Below, one piece after another: positions 38,609 through 49,204 of a DNA stretch of 64,000 nucleotides. The translations under genes were made by a program, and so were the position numbers. The notes under the pieces are model-generated. The model was not told the origin of the DNA, did no database searches, and saw only the letters and a list, made by a program, of their open reading frames with translations. The DNA lies in contig JBBSQY010000003.1 in NCBI GenBank assembly GCA_038243585.1, positions 1-64,000 of the forward strand, read 5' to 3'. This DNA comes from Candidatus Sumerlaeales bacterium (GTDB lineage Bacteria; Sumerlaeota; Sumerlaeia; Sumerlaeales; Sumerlaeaceae). How positions within the stretch are numbered: the first letter of the stretch is position 1; every line of letters begins with the position of its first letter.

Positions 38609-39958
38609 TTAAACCTTTGCTGCGGCGGATTGAAAAAGAGAAGCCATGGCTTTTTCAAACAGTCCTGCTCGGTGGACAAGATCTAGAACAGTGAATCGGC
38701 GACGAATATGGAGGGCCTTGCGATAGGCCTCTTCCATTTTGTCCGCTGAAATACCAATGGCCTCACTGCTGCTCGGTGCGCCGGCTTTTTGCAGACTGTC
38801 GGCAAGTTGTGCCTGTGAGGGAATCTGCTTTTGCAGGCGTTTTTTAAGTTCCGGCCACGCTTGTTTGAGCGTCAGTAGTTGCTGCCTCAGCTCGTCTGCG
38901 GGTATGTACTTTTCCCGCTGTTCTTCCAAGGCCTTGATGCGAATTTCTTCGATGGTGAAGAGACCGTTTATTTCGGCTTCCATCTCATCCCATGTGGGCC
39001 ATTGGGACACGGCTGCTTCAATATTCAGCGATTCGAGAGGCTGCGTATAAAGGAACTCATAAAGCGCGGAACTGGCAAGGGTCCCGATGCCAACTTTAAA
39101 CCCGTGGCTCACGGAATGACCTTCGAACTTGTGGCTTTCCATATCCCACAGATGGCTGAACTGATGTTCAGCGCCGGAAGCGGGGCGGCTGTTTTGCAGA
39201 TGCTGCATGGCGAAGCCGCCCATCATAAGGCCGGCGACCAGAGACTCCAGCGCGGCAGAGTCTGCGGTTGCGATGCCTGCGGGGTTGGCCAGCCATTCTC
39301 GCAGGTTGCCCTGCACCATTTGCCATGCAGGCGGATCGATGGGCTCGATGCCGAGAGCGTTGGCAACAATCCAGTCGGCCCCCGCCGGCAGCTTGGCAAG
39401 GAGGTCCGCATAGCCACTGGCGTTCATAGAAGGGGGGGCCTGGGCAATGACATTCAGATCGGCTACGACGGCCAGCGGAGCGGGACAATTGAAAGTCTGC
39501 TTGCTGCCTTTAAACGTGATGGAAGCGCCGTAGGCGGTATAACCGTCCATGCTCGCTGCAGTTGCCACGCACATATAACGGCGTCCGGAATGGCAGGCCG
39601 CCAGTTTAGTAATATCGTTAACACTGCCTGACCCTACGGCCACTGGTATGGCGTCGGTTTGATTTAGTGCCTCTTCTAACTGATCGACAAACTTGTACTC
39701 CGCATAGATGGACGGATCTTCGAAAATAAATGGTTTATCGCAGTCGATGTCTTGCGCCAGAAGGGCATCATAAACCTTTCTGCCGCAGATTTTAAAGGTC
39801 TCTGCATCCGCTACAATTAGAGCTTTCCGGCCGGAGAAACAGGTGTGGAATGTTCGAGCCACATCCGAGGCATTATCGCGACCAATAACTAGATATTTAG
39901 TATCGGTAGCAGCGGTAAGGGCCTTGTCTAAGTCAGCTTGGTATGGGGACTGAGTCAT
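38609..39958 (-). CDS. sn-glycerol-1-phosphate dehydrogenase (AraM/EgsA family)
   Basis: GSGSVNDITK, TAASMDGY, ASGYAD, SRPASGAEHQFSH, HGFKVG metal ligands, RRRFTVL. Confidence 0.88.
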   Translation of the reverse strand: MTQSPYQADLDKALTAATDTKYLVIGRDNASDVARTFHTCFSGRKALIVADAETFKICGRKVYDALLAQDIDCDKPFIFEDPSIYAEYKFVDQLEEALNQTDAIPVAVGSGSVNDITKLAACHSGRRYMCVATAASMDGYTAYGASITFKGSKQTFNCPAPLAVVADLNVIAQAPPSMNASGYADLLAKLPAGADWIVANALGIEPIDPPAWQMVQGNLREWLANPAGIATADSAALESLVAGLMMGGFAMQHLQNSRPASGAEHQFSHLWDMESHKFEGHSVSHGFKVGIGTLASSALYEFLYTQPLESLNIEAAVSQWPTWDEMEAEINGLFTIEEIRIKALEEQREKYIPADELRQQLLTLKQAWPELKKRLQKQIPSQAQLADSLQKAGAPSSSEAIGISADKMEEAYRKALHIRRRFTVLDLVHRAGLFEKAMASLFQSAAAKV

Positions 39959-39988
39959 GGGTGGAAATCTTTCAAAGTATTAATGAAG

Positions 39989-40963
39989 CTAATTTGCGGC
40001 GGAAGTAGCGTCGTCGATCGACGCGGTGGGGAGATTGTAGTAATCTTTTATAGCTTTTCTGGTGGTTTCCGGATGATCTGTGGCGAAAGACATGAAGCCC
40101 AGGTCCAACAGTTTCCAGTAAGCTTCAGCGCTTGTTCCGCCATAAGGCAGGGTCTGGTAGAGTATGTTATTTTCACGTAGAACATCTCCTGCGGAAATCA
40201 AAAACTTATCCGACGAGGTAAACGGATTTACAAAATCGCGACGGATACTTTCGGCAGATGTGGTCAGATGCGTGTGAATCTGAACCTGGGTAATAGCCTC
40301 AAAGTCCCGCGCTTTAGCAGCCTCAAATTTGGTTGCCTGTTCCGCTTCGGTTTTGCCGCTCACCCATAAAAGTGTTTCCGATTTCGGCACCAGTTTTTTC
40401 CATTCGACAATCTGGTCATGGTGCTGGGACGCCAGCACGACCTGACCTTCGATCTTGTGCTTTTTTACCAGATCTGCCAGCTTGGAAAGGTCCACTTTTT
40501 TGATATCCAGATACAAATGGCGCTCTGGCTTTCCCGCCATCAGGGCAAACACATCCTCTATAGTCGCCACTCTGCGATTGAGAAATCTATCCCCCAGCCA
40601 AGAGCCGACGTCCAACATTTTTAGTTCGTCAAATGTCACATCTTCGACGCCTTTTTTTGCCAATTCTGGCGATGCGTTCTTTACGACGCGTTGGAAGTTT
40701 GTGTCATGAAAGGCGACAATTACGCCGTCGCTGGTCGTGCGCACGTCCGCTTCCGGATAGGTTCCAAGCTTCCAACCAAGCTCAAAAGCCTCTACGGTAT
40801 TTTCCGGGGCAAGATCGCCGGCGCCGCGGTGGCTTTGAACTATGGCCTGCTCGGGCTTCATGTGGCTGCGTATATTCCATTCGGCTTGAGTCACTTCCTG
40901 AGCTGTTGCTGTGAATGCAGCAACGCAGAAAAGTGCGGTTGTTAAAATGGTGGGAGTTTTCAT
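39989..40963 (-). CDS. Secreted glycerophosphodiester phosphodiesterase
   Basis: Signal peptide; SHRGAG..APENT, EADVRTTSDG...HD, LDIK, ATDHP; AAGGAG RBS. Confidence 0.92.
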   Translation of the reverse strand: MKTPTILTTALFCVAAFTATAQEVTQAEWNIRSHMKPEQAIVQSHRGAGDLAPENTVEAFELGWKLGTYPEADVRTTSDGVIVAFHDTNFQRVVKNASPELAKKGVEDVTFDELKMLDVGSWLGDRFLNRRVATIEDVFALMAGKPERHLYLDIKKVDLSKLADLVKKHKIEGQVVLASQHHDQIVEWKKLVPKSETLLWVSGKTEAEQATKFEAAKARDFEAITQVQIHTHLTTSAESIRRDFVNPFTSSDKFLISAGDVLRENNILYQTLPYGGTSAEAYWKLLDLGFMSFATDHPETTRKAIKDYYNLPTASIDDATSAAN

Positions 40964-41126
40964 AATATCTCCTTATTATTTGCTCTAGATGTAAATCAGG
41001 ATAAGAAGATTATGTTTGTGTCCAGAAAAAACATTCTGGTATAAAAATTCAGGAGTCTGCTGCTCAGTGGTTACAGGCGTCATTTCATGCTTGAACATAC
41101 GTAATCGTTAAACGTAGAGCTTCCTT

Positions 41127-41894
41127 GTGTTGACCAAAAGAATCATTCCGTGCCTTGACGTTAAAGACGGCCGTGTTGTCAAAGGGGTTAACTTTGTAAA
41201 CCTCGTGGATGCCGGTGACCCCGTTGAGGCGGCAGTAGCCTATGATAAGGCCGGCGCCGATGAGCTGGTTTTTCTCGATATAACAGCCACCCACGAGCGG
41301 CGCGCCACCATGATCGATGTGGTACAGCGAACCGCTGCGCAGGCATTTATGCCGGTGACGGTCGGCGGTGGCATTCGCACTCTGGATGACATAAAAAGTC
41401 TGCTTCGCGCCGGCGCGGATAAAATTTCTCTTAATACGTGTGCCGTTGAGCACCCTGAGTTTGTCAAGCAGGCCTCGCGGCGTTTCGGCACGCAGTGCAT
41501 AGTAGTCGCGATTGATGCGAAGCGCTCGAACAGGCCAGATATGGATTACGAAGTTTATACTCACGGTGGGCGAAAGGCGCGAAGCCTGGACGCCGTTGAA
41601 TGGGCAAAGCTCATGGAAAAGTATGGGGCTGGGGAGATTTTGCTGACCAGCATGGATCGCGACGGTACCCGCGACGGCTATGATATTGAACTTACCAGGG
41701 CGATTAGCGAGGCTGTTAATATTCCGGTGATTGCGTCCGGCGGAGTCGGTAACTTACAGCACCTGGTGGACGGCATAGTCGACGGCAAGGCGGACGCCGT
41801 ATTGGCGGCTTCCATTTTCCACTTCGGAATTCACACGGTGCGTGAAGCCAAAGAATACATGGCGGGGCAGGGCGTTGCAGTTCGGCTGGAGTAG
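41127..41894 (+). CDS. hisF: Imidazole glycerol phosphate synthase subunit HisF
   Basis: [52 protein letters not shown]. Confidence 0.98.
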   Translation: MLTKRIIPCLDVKDGRVVKGVNFVNLVDAGDPVEAAVAYDKAGADELVFLDITATHERRATMIDVVQRTAAQAFMPVTVGGGIRTLDDIKSLLRAGADKISLNTCAVEHPEFVKQASRRFGTQCIVVAIDAKRSNRPDMDYEVYTHGGRKARSLDAVEWAKLMEKYGAGEILLTSMDRDGTRDGYDIELTRAISEAVNIPVIASGGVGNLQHLVDGIVDGKADAVLAASIFHFGIHTVREAKEYMAGQGVAVRLE

Positions 41895-43932
41895 GAGATT
41901 TCTGGACGCATCGATATCCTGCTGGATATTAGGTGCCTTTTTAACTACAGTTAATCCGGTCGTAGTTTATGGTCAGGAAAGTCCAGTTGTTCGTCAGGCC
42001 ATTATAAGTTCCATGACCGGCAATGACGAGGGCCTGAAGCAGGCTTACCAGGCTGCGCAGCAACAGAGGGCGGCAAGCCCCGGCGGTATTTCCACCGGGG
42101 AGGCGATCTGGTATCTTTATAATTCCACCCGCACAAACAGGGATGAGTTCCTGTCGGGACAGGAAATTCTGGCCGCAAATGCCAAGGACAAAGATTGGCA
42201 GAACCGGGTGCTTATAAGTCTGCTTACGGACGAAGTTTATGAGCTGAACCGCCTGGAGGGGCAGAACCGGTTTAACAAGTATACGCGAATCTTCAACCGT
42301 GTGAGCACGAGTCTCAGCCAATTGGTGATGCTTCAACCCCAGGCCGCGGCATCGCTGCTTTGGGATGGTATGTATAGCTTTCGACAAGGGAAGGCAGCGA
42401 CTGTCAAAGAGCGTAAGATGGTTTTTCTGTGTGAGCAGTTTCTGAAAAAATATCCAACCGCCCCGGAGCGCGCTGAGGTAACGGCCTTGCGGGAGCAACT
42501 GAAACAGAAAATGACTGCGGATCGTGCAAAGGCATTGTTAGCGGCGGGTCGCGCGGCAATTGCCAAAGGTGAGTTTCAGTCTGCCGAATGGCACTTGGAA
42601 AAAGCGGCTTTGCTGGCGCCTTCCGAGGCCGATACGGCCACCCTGCTTGCAGAGGCTCGTGTTCTAAAGATTCGCAGCGAAGAGGTGCGCGGACTTACCC
42701 TTGGCGTATCTGACGCAGAAAGACGCATGGCACCTGAACAGGTAGCTGCCGTCGGAAAAATTGCGCGCGCTTTAATTACATCTGATATTGAGACGCTTGA
42801 TGAGCTGCGGCGGAATGTCGCTTATGTAGGGGACAGCGTTGAGTTCGCTTATGCCGCAATCTCGGAAAAGGGTGGTGACCATGGCGCCGCGATTACGAGG
42901 TTGCAAGGTATAGCGGCGTCAGCGCCGACCAGCCCGGGTGGGCGAGCCGCGATTAAATTGTTGGATAATCCCAACTTCAACTTAAACGAGGGATATCAGG
43001 TTGCCCTTTCGGATATGGCCTCTGATAAAAGTCGATTTATATGGACTGGTAAACGCAGTCGGGATGAAGGCGTGTATGCTGCCGGTAGCGCGGCGATCCA
43101 GAGCGCATCAAATCCGGCGGGCGTACCGATTTTGTTTGGTATGGATGCGGCCGTTAGGGCCATCTCGGAAAAGTTTAAAACCCAGGTCAGCGTGGACGGT
43201 GTTATTGATGCGGGAGCGCGCTACCTTCGTCGGTACCCGAAAACCCCCCGCAGTCAGGAAATTGCGCGGCAGCTGGCGGAGCTTTCCAAAAAATCGGGTG
43301 ATTACGACCGAAGCATGGAGTACATGGAGGAAGGTGGCGGTGGAACTCCTGCCGATGTCGCAAAGCTCAAAGAAAACCAGGCTATCGCCTTATATGATCA
43401 GGTGAAGTCCAGCGGAGACATTCTGGAAAAGCGGCGCCTGTTAAATAAGTTAATGACGGACTTTCCTGATTCTAAGATTGCGAAAAAGAATGGAGTCAAG
43501 GAGCAGGCGAAGCTGCCACCCGCATTGGCGGATGATACGATAGTACTCCCTGGTAGTGCGCTGGGGCGGGATATGCGACTGGCTCAGTTTCTCGGCGTGG
43601 CACCGTATCTATTGGATGGTAACAAGGGGAATGGGGAAATTGACACTGAAGGGGTTGCCATCACGCCAAGCGCCGACGCAGTGGAGTTTAAGATGCGTAA
43701 CGAGGAAATCTGGCGCAGGGGGGCACTGACAAAAGAAGGGCGCGACCGGTTGCTTTCGGCCGCGCGCCAGTTACGTCAGGAGTTTATGTCCTCAGAAGAA
43801 GGAAAACAGCTGCTTTACCGTCAGAAACTGCCATTTGCGGTTGAAGGTGGAGTCGGAAGCGGCGGCGTCGATATGGCCCCGCAAATCATTCCTTATTCCA
43901 CCAGCTCACAAGACAAAAAGCGGTTCAATTAG
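41875..43932 (+). CDS. Exported helical-repeat (TPR-like) hypothetical protein
   Basis: Long ORF (~690 aa), signal-like N-terminus, TPR-like segments ([20 protein letters not shown]). Start uncertain. Confidence 0.75.
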   Translation: MQFGWSRRFLDASISCWILGAFLTTVNPVVVYGQESPVVRQAIISSMTGNDEGLKQAYQAAQQQRAASPGGISTGEAIWYLYNSTRTNRDEFLSGQEILAANAKDKDWQNRVLISLLTDEVYELNRLEGQNRFNKYTRIFNRVSTSLSQLVMLQPQAAASLLWDGMYSFRQGKAATVKERKMVFLCEQFLKKYPTAPERAEVTALREQLKQKMTADRAKALLAAGRAAIAKGEFQSAEWHLEKAALLAPSEADTATLLAEARVLKIRSEEVRGLTLGVSDAERRMAPEQVAAVGKIARALITSDIETLDELRRNVAYVGDSVEFAYAAISEKGGDHGAAITRLQGIAASAPTSPGGRAAIKLLDNPNFNLNEGYQVALSDMASDKSRFIWTGKRSRDEGVYAAGSAAIQSASNPAGVPILFGMDAAVRAISEKFKTQVSVDGVIDAGARYLRRYPKTPRSQEIARQLAELSKKSGDYDRSMEYMEEGGGGTPADVAKLKENQAIALYDQVKSSGDILEKRRLLNKLMTDFPDSKIAKKNGVKEQAKLPPALADDTIVLPGSALGRDMRLAQFLGVAPYLLDGNKGNGEIDTEGVAITPSADAVEFKMRNEEIWRRGALTKEGRDRLLSAARQLRQEFMSSEEGKQLLYRQKLPFAVEGGVGSGGVDMAPQIIPYSTSSQDKKRFN

Positions 43933-43973
43933 GATCCCATAAGCTGCGCTCCAGCATATAAACCATAAGCGGT

Positions 43974-44318
43974 TTAGAGTTCAGTCTTTGTCGCATTATG
44001 GGTTACCTGACCATTTTCGTCGTGCTGCGCGTATGCCAAAGGAAAGCCTGCGGCCGATTGTTCTTCATACGCCACAAGAACTGCTTTTTCCACGTAATCG
44101 CGCATTTCCTGGTTAAGGGGATGGGCTACATCTCGAAAAACCCCATCCTTACCTCGACGGCTCGGCATGGCTACAAACCGGCCATTATTGCCCTCAATGA
44201 TTTTTAAGTCTTTGATAATGAACGCGTTATTTAATATTATGGACGCAAATGCTTTTAGTTTTTCGTCGCCGCCCGTAAAGGGCCTGATTGTTACGCCGGT
44301 TATTTCAATGGAACCCAT
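43974..44318 (-). CDS. spoVG: SpoVG family nucleic-acid-binding protein
   Basis: EITGVTI, LKAFASI, IIEG.NGRFVAMPSR, FRDVAHP; downstream of ispE. Confidence 0.95.
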   Translation of the reverse strand: MGSIEITGVTIRPFTGGDEKLKAFASIILNNAFIIKDLKIIEGNNGRFVAMPSRRGKDGVFRDVAHPLNQEMRDYVEKAVLVAYEEQSAAGFPLAYAQHDENGQVTHNATKTEL

Positions 44319-44396
44319 GGTGTACATCTCCAAACTAGGTTGTGTATCAGTTGTGCCAGTTATTACTGCAAGATGTATGCACAAACAGACGGAAAA

Positions 44397-45263
44397 CTAT
44401 TGGCGGGTTTTGGTTTTTGTAGGAATTCCTCCTACAAAAGTGGCAATTTTTCTCGCTTCGTCTTCATTTCGTACCAAGCCAGCGATAGTTGAACCACTGC
44501 CACATAAGAACGTACGCAAGACCCCCACCTTTTTAAGGGTCTTTACATAGTCGCGATACCATTGGTAGTTTTGTGCAACAATATCGAAGTCGTTGTGGAT
44601 AGCAGTGGCCAAAACCTCTGGGTCACCGGAGTTCAAGACTGTCAGGAATTGTGACATTTTGTACTTTTGGGCTGTTTCTTGGAGTGCTGATTCCCGAATT
44701 TTGTCAAGCTGTTTGTATGCTTCGGCGGTCGGTATCCGTTGATCGGGTATTATTAATACGAGCCAGTAGGTCGGGCAAGAGTGCAGGGTTTCTACAATTT
44801 CACCACGCCCTAACCCGGTGGCGCTCCCGCCGTCTAAGAAAAACGGCACATCAGAACCAATGTTAGCAGCAATCTGGCGCAAATCCTGGAGCTGAGCGTT
44901 TAAGCAGTACAATTGGTTGATTCCGTTTAGTGCAATAGCCGCGTTGGAGCTGCCCCCGCCGATTCCGCCGCCTTGAGGGAGAGTTTTTACGATTGAGAAC
45001 TGAAAGCCTGCAACTTTGTCCGGATATGCCTGCTGCATTAGGTTCCAGGCTTGGGTCACAAGGTTTGATTCAGCTGGGATGTCTTCTGGAAAGCCGTCAA
45101 GAATGCACTTATTATCAGACAACCTCGACATTTTTACCTGCTCAGAAACTTCGAGTTCCTGGTAGACGGTTTCAAGTTCATGAAAACCGTCTGACCGGAC
45201 CGGGCCGACTTTAAGCCACCAGTTAAGTTTTCCATGGCTTGTTCCTGATATCGCTTCTGTCAA
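44397..45263 (-). CDS. ispE: 4-diphosphocytidyl-2-C-methyl-D-erythritol kinase
   Basis: GKLN, DGFHELET, KTLPQGGGIGGGSSNAA, GSDVPFF, GSGST. Confidence 0.93.
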   Translation of the reverse strand: MTEAISGTSHGKLNWWLKVGPVRSDGFHELETVYQELEVSEQVKMSRLSDNKCILDGFPEDIPAESNLVTQAWNLMQQAYPDKVAGFQFSIVKTLPQGGGIGGGSSNAAIALNGINQLYCLNAQLQDLRQIAANIGSDVPFFLDGGSATGLGRGEIVETLHSCPTYWLVLIIPDQRIPTAEAYKQLDKIRESALQETAQKYKMSQFLTVLNSGDPEVLATAIHNDFDIVAQNYQWYRDYVKTLKKVGVLRTFLCGSGSTIAGLVRNEDEARKIATFVGGIPTKTKTRQ

Positions 45264-47230
45264 TTCCCCGGTGATCCTTTCACGTCGTCGGCTATCTTCG
45301 TCACCAGTGCTTCGTATTTGCTTTCGGATTCAGGCAAATAGTTGTATTCTACCGCCCGTTTTGCAAACACTAAGGCGTCCTTTTGTTGCCCGAGCTCCTC
45401 TAATCGTTTTGCATAGAGAAAGTTGTACTCCGGGTTTGTCGGATATATCCGAATTGTGTCTTTTATATGGGCGAACGCTTCGCGATTCTGACCTAGTCTT
45501 TCATAAATATCCGCTGCCTGGGCGTGTGTGGAGGCGCTTTCCGGGTTTAGTTTCAAGGCTTTTTCAATCAGCATCCTCGCAGAAGAGATTTCTCCGCTGA
45601 TCGTGGCCATGGATGCGCGGGCGGCAAAAGGCTCCGGATCGCGTGGCGCCCATTCACTGGCCCGTTTCCATTGTTCTTCCGCTTCGTGCTGGTTACCCGC
45701 ATACATTGCGTCCCGAGCCATTTGTTTGCTGCTGGCTCCGACCAAAAACGGAGCTTCAAGGATCGTGAACAATGCGGTGATGCCCAGGAACCCTGTCAGC
45801 CTGCTGGATTGCCGGAATCTGAAGGGACCTGGCGGCGAGAGGGATCCGGTGCGGGCTATTAGTATTCCGCATACAAGGCCGAATAGAGACATGATTTCAC
45901 GCTGATTCCAGCTCACCTGGAGCAGACCATCAAATAAGATAAGGAAAAACAGCACCCCAAGCGCGCGATCAAAGGGGGTGCGCCACAGCCGCGCTCGCAT
46001 GATGCCAACTGTTACCGCACTAATAAACCACAGCGTAAATCCAAGGCCTACAAGCCCCGTTTCCGCCCATGTTTGTGCGATCCAGTTATGCAGATACTTT
46101 GTTTCCCGAGCCTCTGGGGGTTTAAGGCGTCCAAAATAGAGTTCCACGCTGCCGGGACCAAGGCCGGCAACAGGAGCCATTGTGATCATCCTTGCGCCTA
46201 CCTGCAGATAGAAGAGTCTCTCTCGCACAGTGTCTGAGCGCCAGGCCCAGCTGGATTTTGCTGGTTGGGACTCGGTAACAGACGTGGTTTGGCCCGTCTG
46301 GCCTTGGCTGCCTGCAGGTATAATCCCAAGCGCAGTGATAGTTAAAAGCAGAGCAGCAATTCCCAGTCGTGGATTGCGGCCGAAGCTTAGTTTCATCATC
46401 AATAAAATTCCGTATATAAAAAAAACGCCTATAGCATCCAGCGCCCCGCCTCGGCTGCCTGTATAATATATTGCGGCAGCGCAGGCAATGATGGATGCGA
46501 CACTTAAAATTCCCGTGAGCACTACTGGGCGGAGGCGAGAGATTATTATTTCGAACGATGCGCATAGGGACATCGCGGAGAATGTGGCTAGGGTGTTTGG
46601 GTCGCCCCAGATGCTGGCAACCCGGCGAAGTTGCAGGTGGTGCAGCAGCGCGGCCTCTGTTCGATCCGGAGTCCGGCCCCCAATGGACGCGAGCAGGGCT
46701 TGATACGAATCCGCATATGCAACATGGTACTGCCAGACCGCATGAAGCCCACAAAGGAGGCCGAGAGCCGATAAGGCCACCAATAATACGATCGTAAAGA
46801 GAGAATCAGTAAAGCCCTCTTTTGCGGTCGTTTTCGCCGGAGTACTATATAGAAAAAAGGCAATTCCAAGATATGTGGCAGACCAAAGATGGGTTCCAAC
46901 CGTGGTGGATCCACTGGCGGGAAAACCCTCTGCTGCCCAGCGTATTACAACCCATACCACTAATGCAAATCCTGGCAAAAGAGCAGAATGTCGCAGTACA
47001 GCGCTTCCGGCTGTCCTCGCCGCTGCGAAGGCGCGCATTAACATCAGAAACGCCATAGCCACTATAATTGGAAGCAGACACAGACCCAGCGCCGGATAGC
47101 TAAGAGGCGGATATTGCACTTGCGCGAGCCACAGGGTGATAAGCAGCAGTATTCCGGGCAGGTTTTGCCGTTGCGGACCAGTTACCGTTGCAAATTTTAT
47201 TGTCGAGGACGAAGACACGTTGCCCATCAT
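45260..47230 (-). CDS. O-antigen ligase (Wzy_C) family protein with C-terminal TPRs
   Basis: About 12 TMs, WGDPN, TGSRGG, GLGPG, HNW...ETGLVG; C-terminal TPR repeats. Confidence 0.88.
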   Translation of the reverse strand: MMGNVSSSSTIKFATVTGPQRQNLPGILLLITLWLAQVQYPPLSYPALGLCLLPIIVAMAFLMLMRAFAAARTAGSAVLRHSALLPGFALVVWVVIRWAAEGFPASGSTTVGTHLWSATYLGIAFFLYSTPAKTTAKEGFTDSLFTIVLLVALSALGLLCGLHAVWQYHVAYADSYQALLASIGGRTPDRTEAALLHHLQLRRVASIWGDPNTLATFSAMSLCASFEIIISRLRPVVLTGILSVASIIACAAAIYYTGSRGGALDAIGVFFIYGILLMMKLSFGRNPRLGIAALLLTITALGIIPAGSQGQTGQTTSVTESQPAKSSWAWRSDTVRERLFYLQVGARMITMAPVAGLGPGSVELYFGRLKPPEARETKYLHNWIAQTWAETGLVGLGFTLWFISAVTVGIMRARLWRTPFDRALGVLFFLILFDGLLQVSWNQREIMSLFGLVCGILIARTGSLSPPGPFRFRQSSRLTGFLGITALFTILEAPFLVGASSKQMARDAMYAGNQHEAEEQWKRASEWAPRDPEPFAARASMATISGEISSARMLIEKALKLNPESASTHAQAADIYERLGQNREAFAHIKDTIRIYPTNPEYNFLYAKRLEELGQQKDALVFAKRAVEYNYLPESESKYEALVTKIADDVKGSPGN

Positions 47231-47397
47231 TACGCGGCTGCCTACTAAAGTATTTGGCCGGGAAAATGCGTAGTATCCTGATATGTGTCTGGACGCGAAA
47301 GTCTTATAGGCGCGACACTTGCTCTATTAAACTCCTATATTACCTCGATAACTACTTAATGTGCGAACAAGCAAACGAACTAACGGGACAGACGAAA

Positions 47398-47733
47398 ATG
47401 AAAAAAGCCACAGCTGCAGCAACAGATACATCACGCAAACCGACGCGAGTTCGACGTCGCGAAACCGCAAAACCACGGGTTGAGAGAATACTGGTAGGGG
47501 TTCGGATTGAACCTCGCCTCGTTAAAGTTATGAAGGCGCTGGCAGAGCTGCATAATTGCGCTTTGGGAGAGCTTGTTGAAAAGGTATTCTGGCATTCAAT
47601 GGAGGGTGAGAATGCATTTGGGGATAAAGGTAAACTATCCGCTGAAACTAAAAGGCAGATTCGAAGCCTAAAAGAGGTGTATGGCGTGAATTACGACATT
47701 AGCGATCTTGCCAAGTCAAAGGGCAACGATTAG
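47398..47733 (+). CDS. Small hypothetical protein, ribbon-helix-helix-like
   Basis: VERILVGVRIEPRLVKVMKALA...LGELVE pattern (strand-helix-helix). Start uncertain (47359 or 47398). Confidence 0.65.
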   Translation: MKKATAAATDTSRKPTRVRRRETAKPRVERILVGVRIEPRLVKVMKALAELHNCALGELVEKVFWHSMEGENAFGDKGKLSAETKRQIRSLKEVYGVNYDISDLAKSKGND

Positions 47734-47742
47734 CCTAAAAGG

Positions 47743-49125
47743 ATGGATTTTTTCGAAAGTACCGACGGAGTTTCCACGCGGAACACAGATTTGAAATCTG
47801 GGGCCGTGCCTCTTGCGGAGCGTATGCGGCCCGATACGTTGGAAGATTTTGTGGGTCAGGAGGAAGTTGCGGGTGCGGGCAGTCCACTTCGTCATCTCCT
47901 GACAGGCGACGAGAACTTGCGCTCCATGATTTTATGGGGGCCCCCAGGCAGCGGAAAGACTACCCTTGCCCACATCATTGCCGCTAACACTCGTGCGCGT
48001 TTTGTAGTAATCAGTGCCGTTACGGCATCCATTAAAGATGTTAAGCAGATTATGGAAATGGCTCGCCACGGGCTGAGGGATTCTGGTCGCCGCACGTTAC
48101 TTTTCGTTGACGAAATCCATCGTTTCAACAAGGCTCAACAGGATGCTTTTCTGCCGTTTATTGAAGATGGTTCCATTGTTTTAATTGGAGCTACCACGGA
48201 AAATCCCTCCTTTTCGCTGGTATCTGCACTGCTCTCCAGGAGCCGCGTATACGTATTAAAGCAGTTGGATGACGACGCATTGATAAGGGTGATGAGACGT
48301 GCCCTGGAGGATTCTGAAAAAGGTCTTGGGAATTCCGGAGTTTCCATCGAAGACGAAATTCTGCGCCAGATGGCCGGAGTCAGTGATGGGGATGCAAGAC
48401 GGGCCTTAAATCTGCTTGAACTTGCCGTGCAAATTTCTCCGCTGGATCCCGCCACCGGAAAGCCTTTAGTTGACGCCGACGCGCTGCGTCAGGTGCTGCA
48501 GCGCGAACATTTAGTTTACGATAAGACCGGCGAAGAACACTATAACACCATTAGTGCCATGCATAAAAGTATGCGAGCCAGCGATGTCCAGGCTTCTGTG
48601 TATTGGACTGGTCGAATGCTTCAATCGGGCGAAGAGCCACTTTATGTGCTCCGCCGCATGATCCGCTTTGCCAGCGAAGATATTGGTAACGCTGATCCTC
48701 AAGCATTGGCCATGTCCCTGGCAGCCCATGAAGCCTATCGGATCCTTGGCTCGCCAGAAGGGGAATTAGCGATATTTCAGCTAGCGGCGTATCTCGCCAG
48801 CGCTCCAAAGTCGAACGCCAGTTACGTCGCTGAAAAAAAGGTTAAAAAAGAGATCTCTGCCACTGGTTCGTTACCGGTTCCCATGCACATACGAAACGCG
48901 CCAACGAAGCTGATGAAGGAAATTGGCTACGGAAAAGGGTATCAGTACGACCCGAACTCCGCCGACGGCTTTTCCGGGCAGGATTGCCTGCCGAAACGGG
49001 CCGCCGAGCGGGAGTTCTATACCCCCGGCCCCCACGGCTTTGAACGGGAAATTCAAAAGCGCATGGACTGGTGGGACAAAAAAAGACAGGAACTGATACA
49101 GAAACCTGAATCAGACCTTACGTGA
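47743..49125 (+). CDS. rarA: Replication-associated recombination protein A
   Basis: PLAERMRP, GPPGSGKTT, DEIHRFNKAQQD, ATTENP, HYNTISAMHKS, SEDIG, APKSN. Confidence 0.96.
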   Translation: MDFFESTDGVSTRNTDLKSGAVPLAERMRPDTLEDFVGQEEVAGAGSPLRHLLTGDENLRSMILWGPPGSGKTTLAHIIAANTRARFVVISAVTASIKDVKQIMEMARHGLRDSGRRTLLFVDEIHRFNKAQQDAFLPFIEDGSIVLIGATTENPSFSLVSALLSRSRVYVLKQLDDDALIRVMRRALEDSEKGLGNSGVSIEDEILRQMAGVSDGDARRALNLLELAVQISPLDPATGKPLVDADALRQVLQREHLVYDKTGEEHYNTISAMHKSMRASDVQASVYWTGRMLQSGEEPLYVLRRMIRFASEDIGNADPQALAMSLAAHEAYRILGSPEGELAIFQLAAYLASAPKSNASYVAEKKVKKEISATGSLPVPMHIRNAPTKLMKEIGYGKGYQYDPNSADGFSGQDCLPKRAAEREFYTPGPHGFEREIQKRMDWWDKKRQELIQKPESDLT

Positions 49126-49204
49126 GTTAGGCGTGCCAGTAGTCAAATAGGTTTCAGAACATTACAGCAGCAGGAAAATCAAAGGTCAGCAGCGATGGTG
49201 ATTG

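Noticed and set aside
38609..39958. G1PDH as evidence of archaeal-type ether lipid synthesis
   Set aside because: No GGGP or DGGGP synthase in the window; the neighbours point to uptake and catabolism.
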